Positions 39,173-50,039 are shown, numbered from the stretch's first letter. The stretch: 64,000 nt of DNA from Bacteroidota bacterium (GCA_947468275.1 CANIKO010000010.1:13114-77113); one strand, 5' to 3'. Program-made: numbers and translations. The notes: a model not told the origin generated them from the letters alone.

Positions 39173-42100
39173 TTATTTTATAACAGAAACTTTACGGGTA
39201 GTTTGTCTACCGTTAGTTAAGATTCTTACAGTGTATAATCCGTTAGCCTCATTGCTAAGGTCAATGGTTTGAACACCATTTTGACCATGAATAGCATTGA
39301 TTTGAGCAACCAAAGTACCAGTAGCATTATAAACTTGTACATCCATAGTTTCTGGAGTAGCAAAGTTGTAGCTGATATTTACTAAACCTTTAGAAGGATT
39401 AGGGAATACATTGATAGTTTTTTCTAAATCCATAGAAGCAACACTTCCTTGAATTGTAGGGAACATGCGGCTTACCCAGATATTTCTTTCGTAAGGTGCA
39501 CTCCAGTTACCGCTCAAGTCAGAAACTCGGAACGTAACAGAGTATAGACCTTCAGCATATGTATTAAGGTTATTGCTTATTACGATTAAACGTGGACGCA
39601 AAACAGAAGGAGCATCATAGTTATCTGTAATAGTTAAACCAGCAGAAGCATCTACAGTAGAGAATAATCCAACGTTCATGGCAGAACCATTAATAACAGG
39701 AGCATCCATATCTACTACTCTCACCCAACGGTTACGAATAGTTATATTACCACTACCATCAGTTGCAGTATAAACATCACTGTATTTTCCTAATTTGTAA
39801 GGATTAACATTGCTTGTTTTTGTTAAAGATACTTGAGAGTTATCATAGTAGTTATCACCAGTACTTGCTTGAACAGAAGCATATGCTTTATTAACTGGCC
39901 AAATAACGGTATCAGAAGTGTTTAAGTTAATTGTTGGTCCAACATAATCGTCAACGATGTATTTGTAAGTTTGAGTAACAGCTTTGTTACCTGAGATATC
40001 AGTTGCATTGTAAACCATTGGGTAAGTTCCTTTGAAACGTGTATCTACAGTACCTGATGTTCCTGGAGTTACAACTAAAGTTGGGTTATCATAATTATCG
40101 GATACTTTAGTACGGTCAATAAAGATAGAAATGATTTGCACTTTTACCTCGCTGTTTACATCTGCATCAGAATTAGCTATAACAGGTTTTTGAGAGTCAC
40201 GTACAATAACAATACGCACTTTTACTGCTTGATTACCAGCCACGTCATTAACAACATAATTAAGCTTGTAAGTTCCTAAAACGCTAGAATTAACTGAACC
40301 TTGAATTACAATAGCATTGGTAATGTTACCATCTTTGTTATCCATAGCTTTAGCGCCATCTTCAGTATAGGTACCGAAAACTTCCACAAAAACTGTATCA
40401 CTACCGTTAAGTGTAAGTGCTGGTTTGGTTTGATCTTTTACTACATAAACCACACGAGTTACAGGCACGGCAGCATTTCCACCAGCATCTACAACACTAT
40501 AGGTAACATAATATACACCAGTAAAAGCCATATCCACATCTGAAGTTTTGGTAATATTAATACTAATATCACCTTCTGTAGGATCAATAGCTGTAGCACC
40601 GTATTCAGTATAAGTAGAACCTACTTCTAGGTGAAGAGTATCTTTGTTGATAAGTTTTAATACCGGAGGTTTGCCATCATTTACAAGATAAATTTTATAA
40701 TCTTCAAACTCACCGATACGGTTGGCATTATTAACACCACTCGCAGCACCACAAGGTTTGTTAGGGTCTGTTGAATAACTAGTACCAATTCTCATTCTAG
40801 TTTTGCCTAAGAAAGCAACGGTTGAGTTAGGTACAGTAAAATTAGCTGAGAAAGAAGCGGTTTTGGCAGTAGCTTCTGAAGCTACTTCTTCACCTGCATC
40901 ATCAAAATCACCGTCAATATTGTAATCAATCCACACCTTACGGCTCATTGGGTTAATGTTAGTTGCGCGGCTAGTAAAGATGGTATAAGTACCACCATAA
41001 GTTAGATCGGCAGAAAGGCTAGTATTGGTATAATCATCATAACCTTGAGAGTTATTACCTGAAGTGTTATCAATTAGAACAACATTTTTATTATTTGATA
41101 ATTTCACATTGTTAATAGCAACATCCGTAGATGAAGAAACACCTAATAAAGGAGTGCAATGTTCAACTACAATTTCATAATCTGCTTTAATATTAGAAGC
41201 TACAGTAGCAGCAGAATCTAAACTATTCCAACCTTTAAGAGAAACAGTGTATTTTCCTTTAGCATTAAATTTAACCGTAGCAACTCCCCATGCGTCTTGA
41301 GTTAATATTTGCACAGTACTGGCTGGGAAGAAACTCCATATAAATTTATTGGCTTTTATCGCTTTATTTTTTAGTGGGCAGAAAGGAGTAAGAGTTACTA
41401 TTTCACCCGTAGTTGGACGACGGTTGCTGCTAGTAAAATCTAATTCCGCTTTTTTATGTGGAGTTACCACAACTACAGATTTTGTAAATGAACTATGACC
41501 TACACAAGTGGTAGCATCCAAGTTTACATCATATTTATTATCGGTTAAAAGAGCATAATCCAAATTTTTGCCATACCCTACTTGACCATATCCTGGTTCG
41601 ATATCCCATATATAATCGGTTTTACCCATTACATTTTGAGACGTGTTGGTGTATGTATAACTAATAGGGTTATAAAGTGTATCAGGAACAGTAAAGCTTG
41701 CAACAGGCGCAGCAGTTGATCCTTTTTCAGTAGTCCAGCTAGCAATAAATCCTGAATCTACACCAGTACCGTTAGTACTGTAATAAAGATACATGGCACC
41801 TGAGGTTGCTACGATTGTAGTACCCATTGGTGAAACGCCTGCAGTAAATCCAAGACCTGGATGTAATGGTGTTCCTCCAGCATCGGTTCCATCATAAATT
41901 TTAAGATAGTCGCCGGCTTGAACTTTGAATTGAGAGAATTTTAGATTTATTTTTTTAGCACCGCAAGGAATAATAGTTGCATAGTCAATACGGTTATTAG
42001 AATAGTTACCTGTTCTTCCGCCGTCATCAAGAATATTACCACTTGATTCATAAATAGGCTGAACTGTACCGGCACCCATGTTATTATCTTTAAAAGGAGT

Positions 42101-43258
42101 ACATCTTACATAAAGGGGTTTACACAACAAACTAGAAGGACCTTGATTGTTTGAAGTTTGCAAACACACAGTATAGTTACCAATTTTATTAAAGAATACA
42201 CTTGGACTAGAGTTGGTATATGGATTATTACCCACTAAGTTAGAATTATATGTTTCAATATCTTGACGAGTTGCAGCCGAGTCGGCCTTGTCGTACATAT
42301 ACCAGCTCCAATAAGTTGGGCCGTTGGTAGAAAGATCTAAGAAATTAACTGTACCAAAACGCTCTACTTCGTTTGTGTTAGATGCAAAATCTACCACTGG
42401 TTTAGAAGATGGGCTAACAATATTAATACATTTTAAAACAGAGTCACGACCTAAACAATTCCAGCTTCTCAAACGAACACAGTTAGTACCTGCAGTTTTA
42501 AAGATATTGGTAGCATCGGTAGTAGTATATTCAATAGAACTGTTATCATCTACGTCCCAAGAGTGACCGATATAGCCGCTTTGGTTATTATTGGTCATTT
42601 TTACAGGAGTTCCAATATAAGCTTGGCTAGCCATGTAAAATCCAGCAGAAAGACTGGTTGAAGTACCAATTTTGATTGTATAATCTTCTGTTTCACCATA
42701 AGAAATACTACGACATGCGTCACCTGCAGCCCAAGCGCCCATTCCATAATATTCACTTCTCACTCTCATGCGGGTAGTTCCTGATACAATACCATTACAA
42801 GCAATTGTGGCAGTTCTAGACTGTACGTTTCCAACACCGTTAGAAATGTCAGACCAACCTGAAGATACCCATTCACCCGCATCATTAAAGTCATAATCTC
42901 CGTTTAAATCTACCCAAACACCAATGTGTATAGGATAAGACGGACCGGTACTAAATGAAAACGTGTAGTTGCCCCCACCGCTTAAAGCGAAAGAAGGTGA
43001 TGATGACATCATTGTGTAACCACCTGAAGTGGTATTACATTGGTCATCCGCTTTGTTAAACAAAACATTAGACCCTTGTTGAACCCTAACTGTACCTACG
43101 TACATTGACCAAGAGGAACAAGGAGAATTGGTTGTAGGAGCCGAGCAATACGGAGATTGCGCATGGCTAAGATTGTAGGCTGAAGAGCCTAACATGCCAA
43201 TAAGGATAAGTAAGTACCCTAACACTTTTGAGTTTTTGAAAGTAATTTTTTGTGTCAT
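39173..43258 (-). CDS. Large T9SS surface protein (2 GEVED, PKD, CUB, DUF5011/Ig-like repeats, type A CTD)
   Basis: VWVDLNGDYDFNDAGE/GETEDY, GEFEDY, DYLKIYDG, YTEYGATAID repeats, VFPNPSKG. Confidence 0.88.
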   Translation of the reverse strand: MTQKITFKNSKVLGYLLILIGMLGSSAYNLSHAQSPYCSAPTTNSPCSSWSMYVGTVRVQQGSNVLFNKADDQCNTTSGGYTMMSSSPSFALSGGGNYTFSFSTGPSYPIHIGVWVDLNGDYDFNDAGEWVSSGWSDISNGVGNVQSRTATIACNGIVSGTTRMRVRSEYYGMGAWAAGDACRSISYGETEDYTIKIGTSTSLSAGFYMASQAYIGTPVKMTNNNQSGYIGHSWDVDDNSSIEYTTTDATNIFKTAGTNCVRLRSWNCLGRDSVLKCINIVSPSSKPVVDFASNTNEVERFGTVNFLDLSTNGPTYWSWYMYDKADSAATRQDIETYNSNLVGNNPYTNSSPSVFFNKIGNYTVCLQTSNNQGPSSLLCKPLYVRCTPFKDNNMGAGTVQPIYESSGNILDDGGRTGNYSNNRIDYATIIPCGAKKINLKFSQFKVQAGDYLKIYDGTDAGGTPLHPGLGFTAGVSPMGTTIVATSGAMYLYYSTNGTGVDSGFIASWTTEKGSTAAPVASFTVPDTLYNPISYTYTNTSQNVMGKTDYIWDIEPGYGQVGYGKNLDYALLTDNKYDVNLDATTCVGHSSFTKSVVVVTPHKKAELDFTSSNRRPTTGEIVTLTPFCPLKNKAIKANKFIWSFFPASTVQILTQDAWGVATVKFNAKGKYTVSLKGWNSLDSAATVASNIKADYEIVVEHCTPLLGVSSSTDVAINNVKLSNNKNVVLIDNTSGNNSQGYDDYTNTSLSADLTYGGTYTIFTSRATNINPMSRKVWIDYNIDGDFDDAGEEVASEATAKTASFSANFTVPNSTVAFLGKTRMRIGTSYSTDPNKPCGAASGVNNANRIGEFEDYKIYLVNDGKPPVLKLINKDTLHLEVGSTYTEYGATAIDPTEGDISINITKTSDVDMAFTGVYYVTYSVVDAGGNAAVPVTRVVYVVKDQTKPALTLNGSDTVFVEVFGTYTEDGAKAMDNKDGNITNAIVIQGSVNSSVLGTYKLNYVVNDVAGNQAVKVRIVIVRDSQKPVIANSDADVNSEVKVQIISIFIDRTKVSDNYDNPTLVVTPGTSGTVDTRFKGTYPMVYNATDISGNKAVTQTYKYIVDDYVGPTINLNTSDTVIWPVNKAYASVQASTGDNYYDNSQVSLTKTSNVNPYKLGKYSDVYTATDGSGNITIRNRWVRVVDMDAPVINGSAMNVGLFSTVDASAGLTITDNYDAPSVLRPRLIVISNNLNTYAEGLYSVTFRVSDLSGNWSAPYERNIWVSRMFPTIQGSVASMDLEKTINVFPNPSKGLVNISYNFATPETMDVQVYNATGTLVAQINAIHGQNGVQTIDLSNEANGLYTVRILTNGRQTTRKVSVIK

Positions 43259-43323
43259 ATAAGTTGTTATTATAAAAATTAATTTTTACAGCTTTCAAAC
43301 ATATGAATTCTGTTGATATATTT

Positions 43324-43348
43324 GACCGTTACTTAATGAATGGTTGCA
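43324..43348 (-). promoter_or_regulatory. Putative ECF promoter TGCAACC-N15-GTC upstream of the surface protein gene
   Basis: Same motif and spacing as 39070-39094. Confidence 0.7.
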
Positions 43349-43426
43349 AAAGATTTCTAAAATTAATTTTGATTAGAATGTAATAGCTTGATATTCAGTA
43401 ATATTTAATTTATTTATGACATAAAA

Positions 43427-46400
43427 ATGATACTAAATCCCGCACAAAATAAGGCTGTAGAAGCAATTGATGGTCCATTAATGACAATCGCTGGTCCAGG
43501 AACTGGCAAAACACAACTTTTAAGTGCTAGAGTTAAGAGTATTTTAGAAAAAACGGATTTACATGCCGAAAATATACTTTGTCTCACGTTTACTGATGCT
43601 GCCGCTGTGGCTATGAGAAAACGACTCATTGATTTTATGAAGGCAAATGCACACCGGGTTCCAATTTTTACCTTCCATTCATTTTGCCAAAAAGTAATTA
43701 CGGATTATCAAAATGAACTTGGTATACAATCGCTAGAGCCTATTTCGGAATTAGAAACCATTCAATTCTATAATAAGATTATAGACAATTTTGAATTTGG
43801 CAATCCCCTTAAAAATTATAAACTGCCATATGTTTATCGAAAAAATTTAGTGGAATTGAATCGCTTGTTAAAGCAGGAGCGGATAACAAAAGAGCAGCTT
43901 TTTGATATAATTGATAAACAAATGGAAGAATTGCCTTTTAATGAAAAGGTATTGTATAAAAGGGCTTATAAAGGAAATAAGGCTGGTGATGTAAATAAAA
44001 ACAATTACGATAAAGAACTTGATAAGCTAAACAAATTAAAAGCGGCTACCGAAGCCTGTTATAGTTATCGCCAAAAATTATCAGAAAATGGCCGCTACGA
44101 TTTTGATGATATGATTCTTTGGGTTATTCAATTTTTGAAAGACAATGAATTTGCGCTGCTTCGATATCAAGAGCAATATCTATATATAATGGTGGATGAA
44201 TATCAGGATACCAACAAGGCACAAAATGAATTGATGCTTTTGTTGGCTTCGTATTGGGAAAGTCCGAATCTTATGGTGGTGGGTGATGACGACCAATCCA
44301 TTTATAGGTTTCAGGGAGCCAATGTAGAAAACCTACATGATTTTAAAAGTCGGTTTGCTAAAGATTTACTTGAAGTGGTGTTAAGTGAAAATTACCGTTC
44401 ATCGCAAGCCATACTAGATTCGTCAAGTGCGGTAATTAATATTAATACAACACGACTTATTGCCGATAAAAAATTAGAATCGAAAAGTAATAAACTTTTA
44501 TCCAATGAAGCGCCATTAGTTATTGAATGCACCAATCAGTTGTATGAAACTGCATATATTGTAAATGAAATAAGTAAGGCATTAAATAAAGGTGTCCCTT
44601 TGTCTGAAATAGCTGTGATTTATAGAAATCACAGTCAGGTTGACTATTTAAAGACGTATTTAAGCCTAAAAAATATTCCCTTTTATCTTAAGAAAAGAAC
44701 AGACATTCTTAGCATGCCGTTCATTTCCAATATTATTGAATTGCTATATTATATAAAGGATGAAAAAGCCAAATCTTACTCAGGTGAGCATCGATTGTTT
44801 AAAATTTTGCACTATGATTTTTGGGAAATAGCCCCGGCCGATTTGGCCAAGTTGGCTTTTTACCTCAAACAAGAGCGATTGCCTTGGCGTGATACTATGA
44901 ATGGCTTAGGCAATAATGAATCTTTGCTTAAAATAATTTCAAATGAGTCGGTACAAAAAATAATAAAGCTGGCTTCGGATATCGAATACTGGATTGGAAA
45001 ATCGTTTAATTTTACGTTGCAGCAATTGCTTGAAAAAGTGATAGCCAAAGGCGGCATTTTATCGTTTGTGCTGCAAGCATCCAACAAGCTATTTATGCTG
45101 CAAGCACTGCAAACATTCTTTGATTCTTTAAAAGAAGAAACCCGAAAAAATCCAACGCTGAGCCTTGAAGATTTTTTGAAAAATATAAAACTAATGCAGG
45201 ACAATGCAATTGCATTGGAGGCCGAAGAAATAATTGAAAAAAGTGATGCTGTAAATTTGCTCACAGCTCATGCCAGTAAAGGGTTGGAATTTGAAATGGT
45301 ATTTGTGATGGGGTGTAATGATAAAATTTGGGATAAAAGCAAAGATCGTTTGCCATTTAATATTCGTGAAGTAATTGTTGGGGCCTCTGCCGATTCGCTT
45401 ACCGAAGAAAACCGCCGCTTGTTTTATGTGGCTTGCACCCGCGCCAAATCGTGGCTGTATGTTACCTATAATAACAAAGATTTAAATTTAAAAGATCTTC
45501 AGGAGTCGTTATTTGTTACCGAGTTTTTACAATCTGAAATTCCTCAAAAAATTAAAGCTGAAATTGACGATGAACAAATCCTAGAGATACAAACGTCTAT
45601 TTTTGGGACGGATACTGCCGACAAGGATTTTGAGCCCATTGACAAGGAGTTCCTAAATAAGTTTACCGAAAACTATGTTTTAAGCGCTACGCATTTAGAT
45701 AATTACTTGGAATGCCCAATAAAATTTTATTATCGCAATTTGTTGCAAATTCCATCGGCCAAAACCGGTCCTTTAAGTTTTGGAAACGCTATACACCGAG
45801 CCTTGGAATTGTTTTTTAAAACCATGTTAAAACATCCGCAAAAACTTTATCCATCCTTGGAACAAATGGTTTTATGGTTTAAACTGGATTTGCAAAAACA
45901 TGCGGATTCGTTTAATAACGAAGATTTAATTCGAACGTTAGAATATGGATCTGAAAAAGTATTGCCACAATTGTATAAAACCTTTTTACCCGAATGGGAA
46001 GAAAATAAAAACCGTGAGCCTGAAAAAAACCTAGTGGACATCGTGGTAAACAATGTTCCGATAAAAGGAAAGTTAGATCAATTGGTATTTCATGATAGTC
46101 ATTCGGTGCATGTAATTGATTTTAAAACCGGGAAATTTAGCAGCGAAAAAAAGAAAACACTTTTGCCGCCGGTAATTGGCGTAAACCCTGAAACTGCAAA
46201 ATTTGAAGAATTATATGGAGGTAACTATTGGCGACAAGTAGCGTTTTATCATTTACTCATAAATAATGACCCATTGCATAATTATAAAACCCTTTCGGGC
46301 GAAATGTTTTTTGTAGAACCCGATAACAAAGGAAACTTTAATAGAGAAAAGATTTTTATACAGCCACATGAACATAAATTTATGGAGCAATTGATAGCCG

Positions 46401-46540
46401 AAGTTTATGAAAAAATCAAAAACCATGAGTTTACAAAAGGCTGCGGTGAAAAGGACTGTGAATGGTGTAATTTTAATAGCTACTATTTAAAAAGAGAAAT
46501 TTATAGCAGTGAAGGATTGATGGAAAGCAGTGATGAATAG
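43427..46540 (+). CDS. UvrD/PcrA-like helicase with C-terminal PD-(D/E)XK nuclease
   Basis: AGPGTGKT, DEYQD, VGDDDQSIYRFQGA, ENYRS, HASKGLEF; KGKLD...IDFKTG. Confidence 0.93.
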   Translation: MILNPAQNKAVEAIDGPLMTIAGPGTGKTQLLSARVKSILEKTDLHAENILCLTFTDAAAVAMRKRLIDFMKANAHRVPIFTFHSFCQKVITDYQNELGIQSLEPISELETIQFYNKIIDNFEFGNPLKNYKLPYVYRKNLVELNRLLKQERITKEQLFDIIDKQMEELPFNEKVLYKRAYKGNKAGDVNKNNYDKELDKLNKLKAATEACYSYRQKLSENGRYDFDDMILWVIQFLKDNEFALLRYQEQYLYIMVDEYQDTNKAQNELMLLLASYWESPNLMVVGDDDQSIYRFQGANVENLHDFKSRFAKDLLEVVLSENYRSSQAILDSSSAVININTTRLIADKKLESKSNKLLSNEAPLVIECTNQLYETAYIVNEISKALNKGVPLSEIAVIYRNHSQVDYLKTYLSLKNIPFYLKKRTDILSMPFISNIIELLYYIKDEKAKSYSGEHRLFKILHYDFWEIAPADLAKLAFYLKQERLPWRDTMNGLGNNESLLKIISNESVQKIIKLASDIEYWIGKSFNFTLQQLLEKVIAKGGILSFVLQASNKLFMLQALQTFFDSLKEETRKNPTLSLEDFLKNIKLMQDNAIALEAEEIIEKSDAVNLLTAHASKGLEFEMVFVMGCNDKIWDKSKDRLPFNIREVIVGASADSLTEENRRLFYVACTRAKSWLYVTYNNKDLNLKDLQESLFVTEFLQSEIPQKIKAEIDDEQILEIQTSIFGTDTADKDFEPIDKEFLNKFTENYVLSATHLDNYLECPIKFYYRNLLQIPSAKTGPLSFGNAIHRALELFFKTMLKHPQKLYPSLEQMVLWFKLDLQKHADSFNNEDLIRTLEYGSEKVLPQLYKTFLPEWEENKNREPEKNLVDIVVNNVPIKGKLDQLVFHDSHSVHVIDFKTGKFSSEKKKTLLPPVIGVNPETAKFEELYGGNYWRQVAFYHLLINNDPLHNYKTLSGEMFFVEPDNKGNFNREKIFIQPHEHKFMEQLIAEVYEKIKNHEFTKGCGEKDCEWCNFNSYYLKREIYSSEGLMESSDE

Positions 46541-46634
46541 TTGGTTTTAACTATTTGACAAAAAACAAATCCGCCCGTCTCATGTTCACTATTAAAACAA
46601 TTATTATATCTTTGTAGAATAATTCTAAATAACG

Positions 46635-47198
46635 ATGGAATCAATTGATTTAGTAAACGTATATGCCGAAGCTACTCCCAATCCGGGCAGCATGAAATTT
46701 GTAATTAACCGTATGATTTGTCCTAACGAAAGTGTGGATTTTCGTAAGGCAGAAGAAGTTAAAAGCAGCCCGTTGGCCACCGCATTATTTGAGTATCCTT
46801 ATGTAAAAGGAATTTTTATAATGAACAATTTTATAACTATTACCAAAACTGAAGAGCACGAATGGGTGGATGTGATATCTGAAATGCGCCAGTTTTTGAA
46901 AGATTATATTGAAGCAGGAAAAGTAGTGTTGGAAAAAAGGACCGATCTTACTGAAGAAGAAGAAACGGAAGTTATTACCAAAATAAAAAAATTATTGGAT
47001 GATCATGTAAGGCCAGCTGTGGAAATGGATGGTGGTGCTATTGATTTCAAAAAATTTGAACACGGTGTGGTAACAGTTACCATGAAAGGTTCGTGCAGTG
47101 GATGTCCTTCATCTACTTTAACCCTAAAAGCCGGAATTGAGAATTTGTTAAAACGCATGGTTCCTGAAGTGGAAGCCGTAGAAGCTGAAGCAGTTTAG
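46635..47198 (+). CDS. NifU/Nfu family Fe-S carrier
   Basis: EATPNP..MKF N-domain; VRPAVEMDGG, GSCSGCPSS. Confidence 0.92.
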   Translation: MESIDLVNVYAEATPNPGSMKFVINRMICPNESVDFRKAEEVKSSPLATALFEYPYVKGIFIMNNFITITKTEEHEWVDVISEMRQFLKDYIEAGKVVLEKRTDLTEEEETEVITKIKKLLDDHVRPAVEMDGGAIDFKKFEHGVVTVTMKGSCSGCPSSTLTLKAGIENLLKRMVPEVEAVEAEAV

Positions 47199-47206
47199 GA
47201 AGGAAC

Positions 47207-47288
47207 GGGTTATTAAGTTAGAAGGGGTTATTAAGTTATTTGTTATTGGAAATAATATTCGGAGTAACTCAATAACCCAATAACAAAT
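47207..47288. repeat. Short GTTATT/AATAAC repeats in inverted arrangement between convergent genes
   Basis: GGGTTATTAAGTTA twice; 12-bp inverted repeat 47238-47249/47277-47288. Confidence 0.7.
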
Positions 47289-49246
47289 TACCGAATCAAA
47301 TGAACAATTCCTCTTTGGAAATTCATATTCCCTTTGGAGCAATTTGATTTTACATTAAGACTCCAAATATACACTCCGTTTTCACACAGTTTATTTTCAA
47401 AATAGCCGTTCCAGGCCGCATTTGGGTCGGTGGTGTCAAATAATTTTTGCCCCCATCGGTCAAATACCAAAAACCGGTAATAATTATAGCTTTGGATATC
47501 TGAAACGGGTTTGAAGCTTACATTTATATTATCATTTTCGCCTGGAGTAAATGCATTAGGAATCCAAACATTGCCGGCACCTTCATATACTTTAACCACT
47601 GCACTGTCGGAAGCTTTAAAATTACACAACTTATCGCGAACGGTTACCTTATATGTGCCGGAGGTAGATATATAAATGGTAGAACTTGTTTCACCTGTAC
47701 TCCACTTTGTGGCATAATTAACTGTATCGCGTATTCCGGTTCTCAAACTCACAGTATCATTTTCGCAAATTTCAAGTAAGGGGTTTCCAATATTTACGGT
47801 AAGTAGTTTTCGTTGTGCAATAGTAATAGTATCGCGGTTGGAACAATTTTTATTAATTGACAAAACACTGTATGGCCCAGGTTTTACAACATGAATCCGA
47901 ATGGTAGTATCGCCCGTGTTCCAAATATATTTTGAAGCAATTTCTTTGGCACTAAGTATTAAATCTACCTGCCCACAAACGGTAGTGTCTTTTCCGAGAT
48001 TAATTTTGGGCAATGGTTCAAGGGTCAGGATAATGCTATCTCTTTTTTTACACCCTCCTTTATCTATTTCAAGCCAATAGATTCCTGGTTTTTTAGCCAT
48101 AATCGTATCACCGGTAGAACCATCCGACCATAAATAACTATCAAAGATTCTATTTTTAACTTCTAATTTCTTAATTAGTGAATCGCCACAAAAAGCAGTG
48201 TCTTGGCCTAAAGAAATTTCCTTTACCCCTGGTAATATTTTTTTCTTAGCTATAAAACTTCCGCAATCGGTAAATATTTCAACTTCGTAGGTTCCGAATG
48301 CGGTAACTTTTATTTTTTGAGCGGTATCGTTTTTTATAACAATGTTTCCTCCTTTGATATCGGTTCCCTTCCATTTTACTTTTCGGGTGGGGTTGCCGGC
48401 ATCCAGTTCTAAATCAAAATTTTCTGCACAAATAAAGGTGTCTCGGCCAAGGCGGGTTTTGTGCTGAAAACTTCCGGCTTCAATAAAGACATAGGAATCC
48501 AATAATGGGTCGCCAACATCTGCAATGGCTAATTTTATTGTATATGTTTTACAGGGTTCTAATTTTAAATTAGCTTTTAAAATAGTGGTGTATCCATCGG
48601 CTTGCAAAGTCTTTTCTCCTAAATAATTATATCGGAAATATTGTGTATTTCGCTTTTGATTTATATTGTCAATACTTACCGGAAGGGTTTTTCCTGGAAC
48701 CAATGCAACATTTTGTTCTCCAGTAATTCCTGGCCCACTAATAAAAAATCCGAAAATATCGCTCACTCCTTTGTCTACATATTCGATATATTCTTCCGAA
48801 GCAAAAATGTAGTTAAATTCAATATCTTCTGTCTGTGGAATAAAGTCAAACTGAAGTGTTGCCGCATCATAGGTAGGTTGGGATGCATATAAATCTAGCA
48901 AAGCGCTGCCGGATGATTTGACTTCAGAGGTAGAGGAACTTCCTGAATTATTTGGCCCCTTAGCTCCCACAGCGATGCCGCTGGAAAGTATAATTCCAGC
49001 TTCCATTTGTAATTTGGACTCCATTCCGTTTTCAAAAAAACCGCAGGAACGTTTGTATCCAGTAAAAACAATATTATTCGTGGTAATGCCTTTTCCTACT
49101 AACACATTAGTTACTAAAATATAAGGAGCAGCTTCGCCAATTATTATTTGCGAATGGACAAAAAAAGACACCAACAGTAAAACTATTGTGACACTAAATT
49201 TGCGCAGCCATATAAACAGATTATTCACAGTGATTTGAATATACAA
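47288..49246 (-). CDS. Choice-of-anchor L domain protein with T9SS type B CTD
   Basis: GIILSSG, FNYIFASEEY, KLAIADVGD..LDSYVFIEAGSF; LGxDT repeats; IPNAFTP, FDRWG. Confidence 0.85.
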   Translation of the reverse strand: MYIQITVNNLFIWLRKFSVTIVLLLVSFFVHSQIIIGEAAPYILVTNVLVGKGITTNNIVFTGYKRSCGFFENGMESKLQMEAGIILSSGIAVGAKGPNNSGSSSTSEVKSSGSALLDLYASQPTYDAATLQFDFIPQTEDIEFNYIFASEEYIEYVDKGVSDIFGFFISGPGITGEQNVALVPGKTLPVSIDNINQKRNTQYFRYNYLGEKTLQADGYTTILKANLKLEPCKTYTIKLAIADVGDPLLDSYVFIEAGSFQHKTRLGRDTFICAENFDLELDAGNPTRKVKWKGTDIKGGNIVIKNDTAQKIKVTAFGTYEVEIFTDCGSFIAKKKILPGVKEISLGQDTAFCGDSLIKKLEVKNRIFDSYLWSDGSTGDTIMAKKPGIYWLEIDKGGCKKRDSIILTLEPLPKINLGKDTTVCGQVDLILSAKEIASKYIWNTGDTTIRIHVVKPGPYSVLSINKNCSNRDTITIAQRKLLTVNIGNPLLEICENDTVSLRTGIRDTVNYATKWSTGETSSTIYISTSGTYKVTVRDKLCNFKASDSAVVKVYEGAGNVWIPNAFTPGENDNINVSFKPVSDIQSYNYYRFLVFDRWGQKLFDTTDPNAAWNGYFENKLCENGVYIWSLNVKSNCSKGNMNFQRGIVHLIR

Positions 49247-49379
49247 AGAAACGTTAATTTTAGTTTAAATAAATGATGCGACCCATTCATAAATGCACTG
49301 CATATTGAATTATTGCAATTATTGTACATAATTGTGTTCAAACTATTCTGAATATGCATAAAAAAAGTATGTTTGTAAT

Positions 49380-50039
49380 ATGAAAAAAATATTTACTCTT
49401 ATTGGACTGTTAATTTGTTTGAATAGTTACTCGCAATCTGTATTTGTGCCGGCATCGGCCTACAATTCTCATTTTTGTTCTGAATTTGATATTACTGTTC
49501 ACAGTAAATTTACCAATAAGTTTGTTACTAATAAACTTGAATTTATAAGAATTCAAAAAACGGTAACCTCTAATTGGACCACTGCCTATTGTGATTGTGA
49601 ATTGTGTCACGATATAAATACAGATACTGGAAAATTTTCTGTTGCCATTGGCCAAACCTGTGAAACTTCAGCGCATTTTTATCCTGATGGAGCCAAAGGT
49701 ATAGGGTATATAAAAATTAAAGTTTTTCCTGAAGGCGACCCTGCTAATTTTGTAATAGGTGAATACAGTGCTAGCTGCTGGGGTGTTTCGGCCACGTTTA
49801 TCGAAAACCAAAAATTAGCAGTTTCCCCAAATCCTGCCAATACAGTTTTAAACATTGGTTTTGGTGCGGGAGGTGAGTATACCATCAGTATTATAAACAC
49901 CGAAGGAAAAGTAATTGTAAATGAAAAAGTAGAAAATTTAGTAAACACTTTAGATATTTCTAACTTTAACTCAGGCTTATATTCCGTAAAAATAGAAAGT
50001 GCCGGAAAGGTATTTTATTCTAAATTTATAAAGCTTTAA
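49380..50039 (+). CDS. Small T9SS type A substrate
   Basis: Signal peptide (YS|Q), Cys-containing domain, VSPNPAN...KFIKL CTD. Confidence 0.85.
   Translation: MKKIFTLIGLLICLNSYSQSVFVPASAYNSHFCSEFDITVHSKFTNKFVTNKLEFIRIQKTVTSNWTTAYCDCELCHDINTDTGKFSVAIGQTCETSAHFYPDGAKGIGYIKIKVFPEGDPANFVIGEYSASCWGVSATFIENQKLAVSPNPANTVLNIGFGAGGEYTISIINTEGKVIVNEKVENLVNTLDISNFNSGLYSVKIESAGKVFYSKFIKL
49965..50038 (+). repeat. 74-bp direct repeat encoding the T9SS CTD end (second copy 54570-54643)
   Basis: 73/74 identical; both encode FNSGLYSVKIESAGKVFYSKFIKL. Confidence 0.95.

Noticed and set aside
45680..46540. Cas4/CRISPR system
   Set aside because: The PD-(D/E)XK domain is fused to UvrD; no repeat-spacer array or other cas genes in the window
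49299..49358. TGCATATT...AATATGCA inverted repeat and AATTATTG repeats in a divergent promoter
   Set aside because: Low complexity AT-rich DNA with no second instance or cognate regulator
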